From an archaeon (GTDB taxonomy: Archaea; Undinarchaeota; CAZHTU01; JBDRCC01), in the NCBI GenBank assembly GCA_043822065.1, contig JBDRCC010000003.1:1-32510 (forward strand): DNA of 32,510 bases. Direction: 5' to 3'. Shown here one piece after another: positions 17,245 to 24,801 of this stretch (position 1 is the first letter of the stretch; each line of letters starts with the position of its first letter). The notes under the pieces were generated by a model. It saw only the letters and a list, made by a program, of their open reading frames with translations. It searched no databases and was not told the DNA's origin. A program made the translations under genes and the position numbers.

Positions 17245-17284
17245 TATAAATACAAGTTTTACGTAAATATATTTACGTAAAACT
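17245..17284 (+). promoter_or_regulatory. TATA box followed by a perfect 30-bp palindrome (operator or dif-like site)
   Basis: TATAAATA at 17245-17252; AGTTTTACGTAAATATATTTACGTAAAACT at 17255-17284 equals its own reverse complement. Confidence 0.75.
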
Positions 17285-17287
17285 GAA

Positions 17288-17599
17288 ATGGCTCAAAAAA
17301 CCGCGACTCTGATAACGTATGACCTCAGCTCCGGCAGCATGTCCAAGTCCCAGGCGTCCCTGTTCCACAAGAGGCTGTACGGCTATACCGACAGCTCGCA
17401 CGGCGGGAAGTACACCTACAAGCGGAAGGGCCTGCTTTCTGAGATGCCGCATTTGAACCCGAGCAGGTCGGTAATTATTATTCCGAGGGACAAGGCGGGC
17501 GAAGTGCTGACTTTCCTCGGGGAGCATGGGGCGACGGTGTTTGCGATAGATGTTGTCCTAAACGAGGCACAGAAAAAAGCGCTTCAACAAATACAATAG
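17288..17599 (+). CDS. Stand-alone Cas2/VapD-like ferredoxin-fold protein
   Basis: LITYDL first strand with acidic residue, helix SLFHKRLYGY, RSVIIIP strand, 103 aa. No CRISPR array or other cas gene in the window. Confidence 0.6.
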   Translation: MAQKTATLITYDLSSGSMSKSQASLFHKRLYGYTDSSHGGKYTYKRKGLLSEMPHLNPSRSVIIIPRDKAGEVLTFLGEHGATVFAIDVVLNEAQKKALQQIQ

Positions 17600-17647
17600 A
17601 GAACAATTCGTCCAACGCAAAAAATCAGCTAAACGTAATGAGATAAG

Positions 17648-18841
17648 TTAGCGCGTCTTCCCTCTCTTCATGAATCTTTCCAGCCTGCCGAATGCCTCTT
17701 CCTGCATCTCAAGCGGCGGGAGGAAGACCGACCTCAGGTGACCGGTCCCATATTTGCCGCCGAAACCTGAACCGTGGACGAAAAGGACGTGCTCCTGATT
17801 CAGCAGGTCAAGCACGAACTGCTTGTCGTCCTCGCAATTCTCAATCTTTGGGAATATGTAGAACGCCCCGCCAGGCTTCTGCGTCGAAATCCCGTCAATC
17901 TCGTTCAGCCTCTTGTAGGCGAAATCGCGCCTCTCCTTCAGCCGCGCAAACTGCTCACCTGCAAACCTCTGTGCGTTTTTTACTCCGACGACGGACGCGA
18001 CCTGGCATGGGGTGTTCGGGCTGAGCCGCATCCTCCCCTGCTTTGCAAAGCACTCCTTGACGTCGTCAAGCTTTTCAGTATTGTCATGGAAGACGGTGTA
18101 CCCAACCCTCCATCCGGGTGCGAAGCATGTCTTCGAAATCCCGTTCAGCAGTATCATCGGTACGTCCTTGCAGACCGCCGCCGGCGAGACATAATCCTCT
18201 TCGTAAACGAGTGCGTCATAAATCTCGTCAGATATAATGAAAAGCCCGTTCTCGGCCGCAACGTCGCATATCTCCTTCAGCGTTTTCTTCCCGTAGCATG
18301 CGCCGGTCGGGTTGTTCGGGTTTATCACCACTATCGCACGCGTGTCGCCGGTTATGCTGTTCCTTATGTCATCAACATCCGGCACCCAGCCCTCATCCTC
18401 TGCCGTCCTGTACTCTATTGGGTTCGCGCCGTAAAAATGGGAGTAGCTCGTGTAGGGCGGATAGCTCGGCCCGGGTATGAGGAGCTCGTCCCCGTGGTTC
18501 ATGAAAGCCCCGAACAGGAAAAGAAGCGATTCAGAAACTCCGCTGGTAACGAACACATCCTCAGCATCAACCTTGACATCCCTTCCCTTGTAGTAATCTG
18601 CAGCCGCCTCCCTAAGGGGCATATACCCCTCGGACTCAGAATAATAATTATGCCCCTTTGCAGTTGCGTCGCAGAGCGCGTCCTTCATCTCCTGGGGTGT
18701 GTCGAAATCGTACTTGTTCGGGTCCCCTATGTTCATCCGGATTACCTTGTCCCCCGTCTTCTCTATCTCCCTCGCAGGCAGAATCAGGTCCCTTATCGCG
18801 TAGTGGATTTCCCCCGTTCTCTTCGAAGTCTTAAAACGCAT
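17648..18841 (-). CDS. PLP-dependent aminotransferase class I/II (alanine aminotransferase-like)
   Basis: YAIRD, NIGDP, VTSGVSE, PSYPPY, INPNNPTG, SDEIYD, NGISK...PGWRVGY (PLP lysine), GAFYIFP. Confidence 0.92.
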   Translation of the reverse strand: MRFKTSKRTGEIHYAIRDLILPAREIEKTGDKVIRMNIGDPNKYDFDTPQEMKDALCDATAKGHNYYSESEGYMPLREAAADYYKGRDVKVDAEDVFVTSGVSESLLFLFGAFMNHGDELLIPGPSYPPYTSYSHFYGANPIEYRTAEDEGWVPDVDDIRNSITGDTRAIVVINPNNPTGACYGKKTLKEICDVAAENGLFIISDEIYDALVYEEDYVSPAAVCKDVPMILLNGISKTCFAPGWRVGYTVFHDNTEKLDDVKECFAKQGRMRLSPNTPCQVASVVGVKNAQRFAGEQFARLKERRDFAYKRLNEIDGISTQKPGGAFYIFPKIENCEDDKQFVLDLLNQEHVLFVHGSGFGGKYGTGHLRSVFLPPLEMQEEAFGRLERFMKRGKTR

Positions 18842-18872
18842 AGTCGCTCTACTAAAACGGGCAACTTTATAT

Positions 18873-20267
18873 TTATTCCGCCGCCGCGTTTTTCAGGATT
18901 CTTGAAACTGTCACGTGCGAGACGCTGTGCCCGTCTGCCCTCAGCCTGTTTGCGATTTCCCGTGTTGACAGCCCGTCCGAGCTGAGCCTTTGCGCCGCTA
19001 AGACGACCATGCTTGTGTCCTTTCTCGGCCGCCCGCCCTGCCGCTCCTCAAACACCCCGGCAAAGCCGTTCCGCTCCACAAGGAAGCCGCATTCCGTAAG
19101 CGACCTGTACGCCTCCCTGTACTTCTGGAGGTAATACCTGCGCTCAAACTCTATTCCCCTCATGGCTGCCCTGTAAAGCCCCCATGGCTCGGCGCTTCCA
19201 TCCCTCTCAGAAAGCTTGAACCCCGCGTTCTCGCAGAGCTTATACAGCTGCTTCTCATACTGGTCGCTCAAGGCGAGGCGCACCATTCCGTCCCTCCCGC
19301 GGACTATGTGCTCAAGCTCCCTTAGGCTGTCGGCCCATTCCGGCTTTCTTCGGAGGAATCCAGCTGCTTTTTTCTGGGACTCAGACAGCTTGCCCGACGC
19401 CTCCGCAAGCGAATAAACAACGTCCGCAACCCTCTCTGAGAGGTATGCAAACGGATTTTCAGCCCCAGCCATCTCCGCAAGGTCAACGCACCCGCCGATG
19501 TTCCTCGCGACAGTCTCCTTCTCAGCAAAAACAAGCGCCAGCTCAACCGCCAGCATTGACTTGTACAGGTGCCTTGCCGCGTCTATCCTGTCATCAGCAT
19601 CTTCAAGCGCCTGCGCAATGGATACCGAGTTCACAAAAAAAGAAATGCGCCCAACCAGCCCCTCGATGTCCCCTTCGCCGGCTTCAACCCATTTTCCCGA
19701 AGACGAAAAGACGTCATTCCTGAACTTTTCCCGCCCCCGGATTTCGCCTCCGCCCGCGCTATCCAGCACTTTGACCATGACCTTCCTTTTTTTAATCTCA
19801 TCAAGCTCCCCGCTTTCATCCAAAACGTAAAACGCGCCTGCGAGGCTCTCGTTGCTCCTTATGAAATTCTCAACGTCCACCGCCCAGCGCTCCTTCCGGT
19901 GCTCGAACTGGTACATCCGCCGTCGGTAAAAGCCCATTGCCTCGACAGGCATAACGCCAGTGCTCGTTATGACGCCGTAAAACTTTTCCTCGTCATTCTT
20001 GAGCCCGCCGCCAGCCTTGAGGTAAGCCGCCATCGGCACTATCACGCACGCCTTGTCCATCCTGGTGTTGAACAAATAATCCGAGGCCTTTTTCCTTGCA
20101 AGCTCCCTTGTCAGTGGCTCCTCCCCGATTATATCTATCCCCATCACCCTCTCACAGTCAACGCAATAAACCTCAGATATGCCCATGCATGTCGAGCATA
20201 TCATCCGCCCGCAGCTTTTGCAGACGTCTTCAGTCTTTTTTGTGCACCTAACGCAGAGTTCAGGCAT
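18873..20267 (-). CDS. Hypothetical protein: N-terminal 8-Cys zinc finger, unknown helical core, C-terminal HTH
   Basis: Four CxxC pairs (CVRC, CKSC, CSTC, CVDC); C-terminal GRPRK...GLSTREIANRL...VSHVTVSRIL. Start moved to ATG 20267 because of the AGGAGGA RBS at 20271-20277. Confidence 0.8.
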   Translation of the reverse strand: MPELCVRCTKKTEDVCKSCGRMICSTCMGISEVYCVDCERVMGIDIIGEEPLTRELARKKASDYLFNTRMDKACVIVPMAAYLKAGGGLKNDEEKFYGVITSTGVMPVEAMGFYRRRMYQFEHRKERWAVDVENFIRSNESLAGAFYVLDESGELDEIKKRKVMVKVLDSAGGGEIRGREKFRNDVFSSSGKWVEAGEGDIEGLVGRISFFVNSVSIAQALEDADDRIDAARHLYKSMLAVELALVFAEKETVARNIGGCVDLAEMAGAENPFAYLSERVADVVYSLAEASGKLSESQKKAAGFLRRKPEWADSLRELEHIVRGRDGMVRLALSDQYEKQLYKLCENAGFKLSERDGSAEPWGLYRAAMRGIEFERRYYLQKYREAYRSLTECGFLVERNGFAGVFEERQGGRPRKDTSMVVLAAQRLSSDGLSTREIANRLRADGHSVSHVTVSRILKNAAAE

Positions 20268-20319
20268 GTTTCCTCCTTTCCAGCCAGCTTTTCGAAGGCA
20301 CGGCGCCCCTCTTTTCATA

Positions 20320-20341
20320 AATTATGTAATTTAACATAATT
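20320..20341. promoter_or_regulatory. Inverted repeat in a divergent promoter region
   Basis: AATTATGT-AATTTA-ACATAATT; TATA TTTATAAA at 20365-20372 for the + strand gene. Confidence 0.45.
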
Positions 20342-20398
20342 AATATAATCTATGGGGGTAAACGTTTATAAACTTTTCTATTTTACTATATTCCTGAA

Positions 20399-20725
20399 AT
20401 GGAAATACTCGAATTGGACAAGCCGTTCACAACAAACGAGGCAAGGAGGCTTATCGAGGAGAACCCAGACCTCCTCGCCATCCAGCTCCCGGAATCCCAG
20501 GCGAACCGCCTCTCCGAGTCGACAGTTGTTTTCCTCGAGAGCCAGGGTGTCGGGATAGTGAAGAAGCTTACCGGCTCCGGCAGGCCCAAGTTCGTGCCAA
20601 CCCCAGAGCTCGTCGAGAAGGCAAGGGTGCTTAAGGCAGCAGGAAAGCCACTGACCGATGCAGCAAAGGAGCTCGGCCTCTCCCCGTCAACACTCTACGT
20701 CCACATCTGGAAAAGCCTCGAATAG
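20399..20725 (+). CDS. DUF1699-like domain + C-terminal resolvase-type HTH (putative regulator)
   Basis: PDLLAIQLPES...LSESTVVFLESQGV resembles DUF1699; GRPK...GKPLTDAAKELGLSPSTLY is an HTH. Confidence 0.65.
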   Translation: MEILELDKPFTTNEARRLIEENPDLLAIQLPESQANRLSESTVVFLESQGVGIVKKLTGSGRPKFVPTPELVEKARVLKAAGKPLTDAAKELGLSPSTLYVHIWKSLE

Positions 20726-20760
20726 CTAGGTTTATATATCCTGGGACCCACCGGCGTTCT

Positions 20761-20982
20761 ATGCGGGAATACCTACTCAACCAGCTCGACAGCCGCCGCT
20801 GCGCGGACACAAAACGGGTTCAGGATATCCTGGACGGGATTTATTCAGAAGTCCTGGCTTCCCCCTCCCCCATCGAAGCCAAATCCGCCTTCCTCGACGG
20901 CATACGCAGGATAGAATACGAGCGCGATGCATGCGTCGAGGCGGCAGAAACCCTAAAAAGAATCTACTTGCAGGGCAGATAG
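20761..20982 (+). CDS. 73-aa hypothetical helical protein
   Basis: ATG 30 nt downstream of TTTATATA (20731); fills the gap; typical codon use. Confidence 0.65.
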   Translation: MREYLLNQLDSRRCADTKRVQDILDGIYSEVLASPSPIEAKSAFLDGIRRIEYERDACVEAAETLKRIYLQGR

Positions 20983-20999
20983 CTGTTTCAAAACCCCCC

Positions 21000-22217
21000 T
21001 CAGATGCCGGATTCGTTCAGGAAAACGCGCCGCTTCCTCTGCATAAGGCTGAGCACGCCCTCAGCAAGCTTCTCCTCCTGCGGGGCGGAATTTGAGAATA
21101 TGAACGGTGCGTCTAGGGCCTTTACTACCTCGAAAAGCGATTTTATCTCCCTTGAAAAGACCGAGGCGCTCTCCATCCTCAGGAGGTTTGCGTAATGCGC
21201 CCCATGGGATATGTCCCCATATTCGAATGCCGCGACAACAGGCCCGAAGGTTATATTGTTCGGGATGTGCCTGTCGAACTCGCCAGCCAGGTAAAGCCCG
21301 GGCATGATTTGCTTTCCAGCTATCTGCAGCCCGAATTTCGGCTTCCTTGGGACTGATGCCTTCTGCCTTGCGAACTCATTCAGCTCATCACTGCAGTAGC
21401 TCCTGATGCCAGTGCCCACGTCTGCAGGGTCCCCTCCCTTGAATGCTTTCAGGCTTTCATGCACTGCGCCGACAAAAGGCTCGGCGATTGACCCGTCGAC
21501 AAAAACATACACCGGCTTGTGCGTCGACATTACCCTGTCCGACACAATCCCTGCCGCAGCATCATAATCGCAGTCCCCTGCCAGGACAAAGACCTGCCTC
21601 CTGCGGCTGAGGTCTATTGCTCCGTCCACGTGCTCCCTGCAGAACTCAACTGCGATGTTGCCAGCGTCCGCAACACCTGACAAAAGCGCCTTGACATCAT
21701 ATGCGGTTGCCACAGCCCCCTTCCGCGGGAGCAGCATCAGCGGCGTCCCGCTCCCTATTGATGAAAACACGGCCTTCGCCATATCCGTTAGCGAATCCAC
21801 CCTGAGCGTCATGTGGTGCAGGGGCTTGTCAACTTCAATCTCAGTCTCGCCCCCGCGCTGGAAAGATGTTGCACCCTCCAGCTTCTTTGCCAAGTGCCGC
21901 CCTATCGCCGCAGCTGACGCCACCTCGGCCCTGCAGGCTGAAACCGGCTTCCCGCTCTCCCTGCAGTACAGCTTCGCAAGCTCGGACTTTTTTTCTTCAA
22001 GCGCCCTTACTGCGCCCTCAAGCATTTGCACCCTGTGCGAAAGCGGCTTTGCCCTGAACTCCCGCCCCTGTGCCTTGGACATTTCAAGAACCTGCTGCGC
22101 AGACGCCGGCACCGCAGTCATTATTATGTTCCCAAAATAGTCCCTCACGTTTCCGCCGGACTGCCTCTTCTCATCAAGGGAATCCAGAACACGCTCGAGC
22201 TCGTCTATCTCTGCCAT
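21000..22217 (-). CDS. Degenerate aldehyde dehydrogenase-fold protein (probable pseudoenzyme)
   Basis: Retains R...L...E..ELA....ESGKP....AEV, DCDYDAAA, GDPAD, FGPV...AN and ASVFS. Lacks PWNFP, FTGS, ELGG and GQxC. ATG 22217 chosen over TTG 22226. Confidence 0.75.
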   Translation of the reverse strand: MAEIDELERVLDSLDEKRQSGGNVRDYFGNIIMTAVPASAQQVLEMSKAQGREFRAKPLSHRVQMLEGAVRALEEKKSELAKLYCRESGKPVSACRAEVASAAAIGRHLAKKLEGATSFQRGGETEIEVDKPLHHMTLRVDSLTDMAKAVFSSIGSGTPLMLLPRKGAVATAYDVKALLSGVADAGNIAVEFCREHVDGAIDLSRRRQVFVLAGDCDYDAAAGIVSDRVMSTHKPVYVFVDGSIAEPFVGAVHESLKAFKGGDPADVGTGIRSYCSDELNEFARQKASVPRKPKFGLQIAGKQIMPGLYLAGEFDRHIPNNITFGPVVAAFEYGDISHGAHYANLLRMESASVFSREIKSLFEVVKALDAPFIFSNSAPQEEKLAEGVLSLMQRKRRVFLNESGI

Positions 22218-22247
22218 AATTGACAAATGAATCCTCTCAATAAAAGC

Positions 22248-23009
22248 TTAACCCCTGTCAGAAAGCGCGCCCATCTTCTCCAGAAACTCCTCTTCCGCAA
22301 AATGCAGCTTCGCCGGGTAGATTATCACGTGCTGCGGCTTCCCGAAATCCATTTTCTTCAGCTCCTCGACAGTGCCGTACCAGAATTCAGAATCCTCCCC
22401 CGCCCTTGCAAAAACGACCAGCTTAGTCTTCGGCGTTATCAGCCCCTTTTTCTCCTTCGCCTCAATCTCCTCAAGGAGCCGTATGCCCTCTGGCGCGGTC
22501 ATGTTCCTGTCCGGCTTTATGTCCAGAAGGATCAGGGTGTGCAGCCCGCACTTCAGGTTTTCCGCAATCGCACCGTACGGGCTCGTCGGAAAATAATTTT
22601 TCTCAGGGTAGGCGAGAGTCGTTGTCCTTCCGAACTTGTACAGCTGGAGCCCTGTTTCTGAAACCGCTGTTAGTATGGACGAGGCGTGCACCACCTTGTA
22701 CTCGACTCCAAGCTCCCTGCACCTCATCAGTATCTCGACGTGCGTCGTCGCTGTCAGCGGGTCCCCGCCGACGAGCAGGCAGACATCCTTTTTCTTTGCT
22801 TTCTCAATGTACCCGCTCTCCTCCTCGACCTCCTTCCTGCCGAGGACAGCAACTTTTTTACCAATAACTTTCTCAAGCCGTTCCTTCGTCGCCCCAGTCC
22901 TTGACGTGTAAAGCTCGGCATAAACCTCCTTGCACTTTTTCGCAGCCTCAAGCCCCTTCAAAGAAATGTCCTTTTCGTCCCCTATGCCCGTCCCTATGAG
23001 GTAAAACAT
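22248..23009 (-). CDS. dph5: Diphthine synthase
   Basis: MFYLIGTG...DISLKGLE, ELYTS, GDPLTATTH, GLQLYKFGRTTT, GLHTLILLDI, ARAG. Confidence 0.96.
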   Translation of the reverse strand: MFYLIGTGIGDEKDISLKGLEAAKKCKEVYAELYTSRTGATKERLEKVIGKKVAVLGRKEVEEESGYIEKAKKKDVCLLVGGDPLTATTHVEILMRCRELGVEYKVVHASSILTAVSETGLQLYKFGRTTTLAYPEKNYFPTSPYGAIAENLKCGLHTLILLDIKPDRNMTAPEGIRLLEEIEAKEKKGLITPKTKLVVFARAGEDSEFWYGTVEELKKMDFGKPQHVIIYPAKLHFAEEEFLEKMGALSDRG

Positions 23010-23010
23010 T

Positions 23011-23092
23011 ATTTTCCCTCAAACTCAGCTTTTTTAGGAAAAAAGCTGATGCAAAAAACAGAAACGGTTTGGTACGTCATTTTCCCTCAAAC
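23011..23092. repeat. 14-bp direct repeat flanking an 11-bp-stem hairpin
   Basis: ATTTTCCCTCAAAC at 23011-23024 and 23079-23092; TCAGCTTTTTT-AGG-AAAAAAGCTGA at 23025-23049. Confidence 0.8.
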
Positions 23093-23988
23093 ACGTACGG
23101 GAACTTTTTCCTTATCACGTCATAAACTGCATGGGGGCTCATTATTCCCTCCTCAGTTATTATCAGGTCTATGTATTCCGCGTCCGTTATGTCGAATGCG
23201 GGGTTCTTCACCTGGACGCCGTCGACTTCCTCTTCCCAGACCTCCTTTGGGTCCCTCTCCTCTATGACTTCCTGCGCACCCATCGCGGTCTCCGGGTCGA
23301 ACTTGTAGGTCTCCGACGCAACCATGAACGAGACTCCGTGCTTTTTCGCAGACAGCGCAATCTGCGACGTCCCAATCTTGTTTACAACGCTCCCATCTGA
23401 AGTTATCGCATCTGCACCGACGAGCACCGCGTCGACCTTTGGCATGTAATAGTTGACTGCCGAGTCGACAATGTGGGTTATCGGGATTCCGTACTGCGCA
23501 AGCTCCTTTGCCGTTATCCGCCCCTGCAGCCTCGGGCGGGTTTCGGTGTTTATCACTTCAAAGGTCTTTCCCTCGTCAAGCGCCTCCTTGAGAATCTTTA
23601 TCAGGGTAGAGGAATGGCAGTGCACGAGGACAACTCCCTTGTTCGGTATCCTCTTCGCGCCTATCTTCGCAATCTTCTCCTTTGAGCTCTCCACATACTC
23701 GAAGAACTTCTCGCTCCCCTCCTTCACCACGCCCTGCAGCTGCGGGAGGCCCTTTTCGCTGTTCTTTCTCACAATGCTTATCAGGTAGCGTATGCCGTTT
23801 CTCATCATCGGCTCGGTCGGCCGGGTCGCTATCAATATCTTAGCCTTCGCCTCGAAGTCCTTCTGGAAAGTCTCGCCGTCGTACTTCCCGGCAAACTCCT
23901 CAAGCACCTTCACAGCTTCAAGCGCGACGTTCGTGGCGCCCTGTATCTCAAGCCTTTTTATCTTCCCTGCGATTTCCTCAACAGTCAT
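23077..23988 (-). CDS. Ribose-1,5-bisphosphate isomerase (eIF2B-like family, archaeal AMP/NMP pathway)
   Basis: EIQGA, TRPT, HCHSS (catalytic Cys), TETRP..QG..TAKEL, VDSA, GADAIT, NKIGT, ETYKF, EERDPKEV, NPAFDIT. Confidence 0.88.
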   Translation of the reverse strand: MTVEEIAGKIKRLEIQGATNVALEAVKVLEEFAGKYDGETFQKDFEAKAKILIATRPTEPMMRNGIRYLISIVRKNSEKGLPQLQGVVKEGSEKFFEYVESSKEKIAKIGAKRIPNKGVVLVHCHSSTLIKILKEALDEGKTFEVINTETRPRLQGRITAKELAQYGIPITHIVDSAVNYYMPKVDAVLVGADAITSDGSVVNKIGTSQIALSAKKHGVSFMVASETYKFDPETAMGAQEVIEERDPKEVWEEEVDGVQVKNPAFDITDAEYIDLIITEEGIMSPHAVYDVIRKKFPYVFEGK

Positions 23989-24006
23989 ACGTCCCCTAAA
24001 GCCCTC

Positions 24007-24801
24007 CTATTTCATAAACTTTTTAGCAAACGAATACAGGCACGCCGCAGACACAGCCGACGCAAGGTACCCGAGCGCAGTCCCATACCAAATCCCGTAC
24101 GCCGGATACGCATACCTGCACACAACCACAAACACCGTGACGTTCACAGCAGTGCTCGCCAGCAGCATCCTCGCAACAGCCTGGGTGAACTCAACCCCCC
24201 GCCTCCGACTGAGTATTACGGTCGTCGAGGTGAAGACCGCGGGGAACGCCGCAAACATCCCGCCCCAGAGCGGCCCGCCGACCGCGCTAGCTATCACCGC
24301 AAACGAAATCACCGAGCCGGCAAACACCGCCCGCATCAGAAGCTCGGAGGGCTTGTACTTTATCTTGAACCCGCCGTGCGAATTTGTTTTGACTCTCCTT
24401 TCCAGAAACCATAATGCACATATGTTCGCCACTACTAGCATCACAAGCGAAATCCCAAAGCCAGCGCCGAAAAAAACAAAAGGCAGTGCGAGCGCCGCCC
24501 AAACAACGAACGCCTTTGCAAGCGCTTTTACAAGCCCGCCTGAAAGCATAATCATGCATATCGCCAGGAACACCGCGTCCGCGCCGAGTATTGCGGGCAC
24601 GACGTCCGTCGACTGCGCTACAAAACTTGCACCCTGCGTCCAGCCTATGAAAAAAAGCCCGACGACGATTGTCGATGGCAGCCCGCCGATTATCCCGCCA
24701 ACCTTTGAGCCTACGCGCTCGGAGACGACAGTCGTCATGGAAATCCATACTCCACCGACTACAAACGACAGCACAAGCTTCAGAATAAACGGGTCCATCA
24801 C
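24007..24801 (-). CDS. Multi-pass membrane protein, DUF3147-like with two internal repeats
   Basis: About 8-9 hydrophobic segments; GSKVGGIIGGLPST and GPLWGGMFAAFPAV repeat motifs; start overlaps the pelota stop. Confidence 0.75.
   Translation of the reverse strand: MMDPFILKLVLSFVVGGVWISMTTVVSERVGSKVGGIIGGLPSTIVVGLFFIGWTQGASFVAQSTDVVPAILGADAVFLAICMIMLSGGLVKALAKAFVVWAALALPFVFFGAGFGISLVMLVVANICALWFLERRVKTNSHGGFKIKYKPSELLMRAVFAGSVISFAVIASAVGGPLWGGMFAAFPAVFTSTTVILSRRRGVEFTQAVARMLLASTAVNVTVFVVVCRYAYPAYGIWYGTALGYLASAVSAACLYSFAKKFMK

Noticed and set aside
17042-17280. Short ORFs of 74 and 76 aa in the GC-rich block
   Set aside because: TTG starts, Ala/Arg/Gly/Pro-biased composition and no promoter or RBS; expected by chance in GC-rich DNA.
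16832-17599. CRISPR array with cas2
   Set aside because: Repeats are 8-10 bp with no unique spacers, and there is no cas1 or other cas gene.
17628-17655. Second dif-like site closing a module around the Cas2-like gene
   Set aside because: Only one partial arm (TAAACGTAA); the other side lacks the TTA symmetry.
17774-18985. 403-aa + strand ORF
   Set aside because: Antisense shadow of the aminotransferase.
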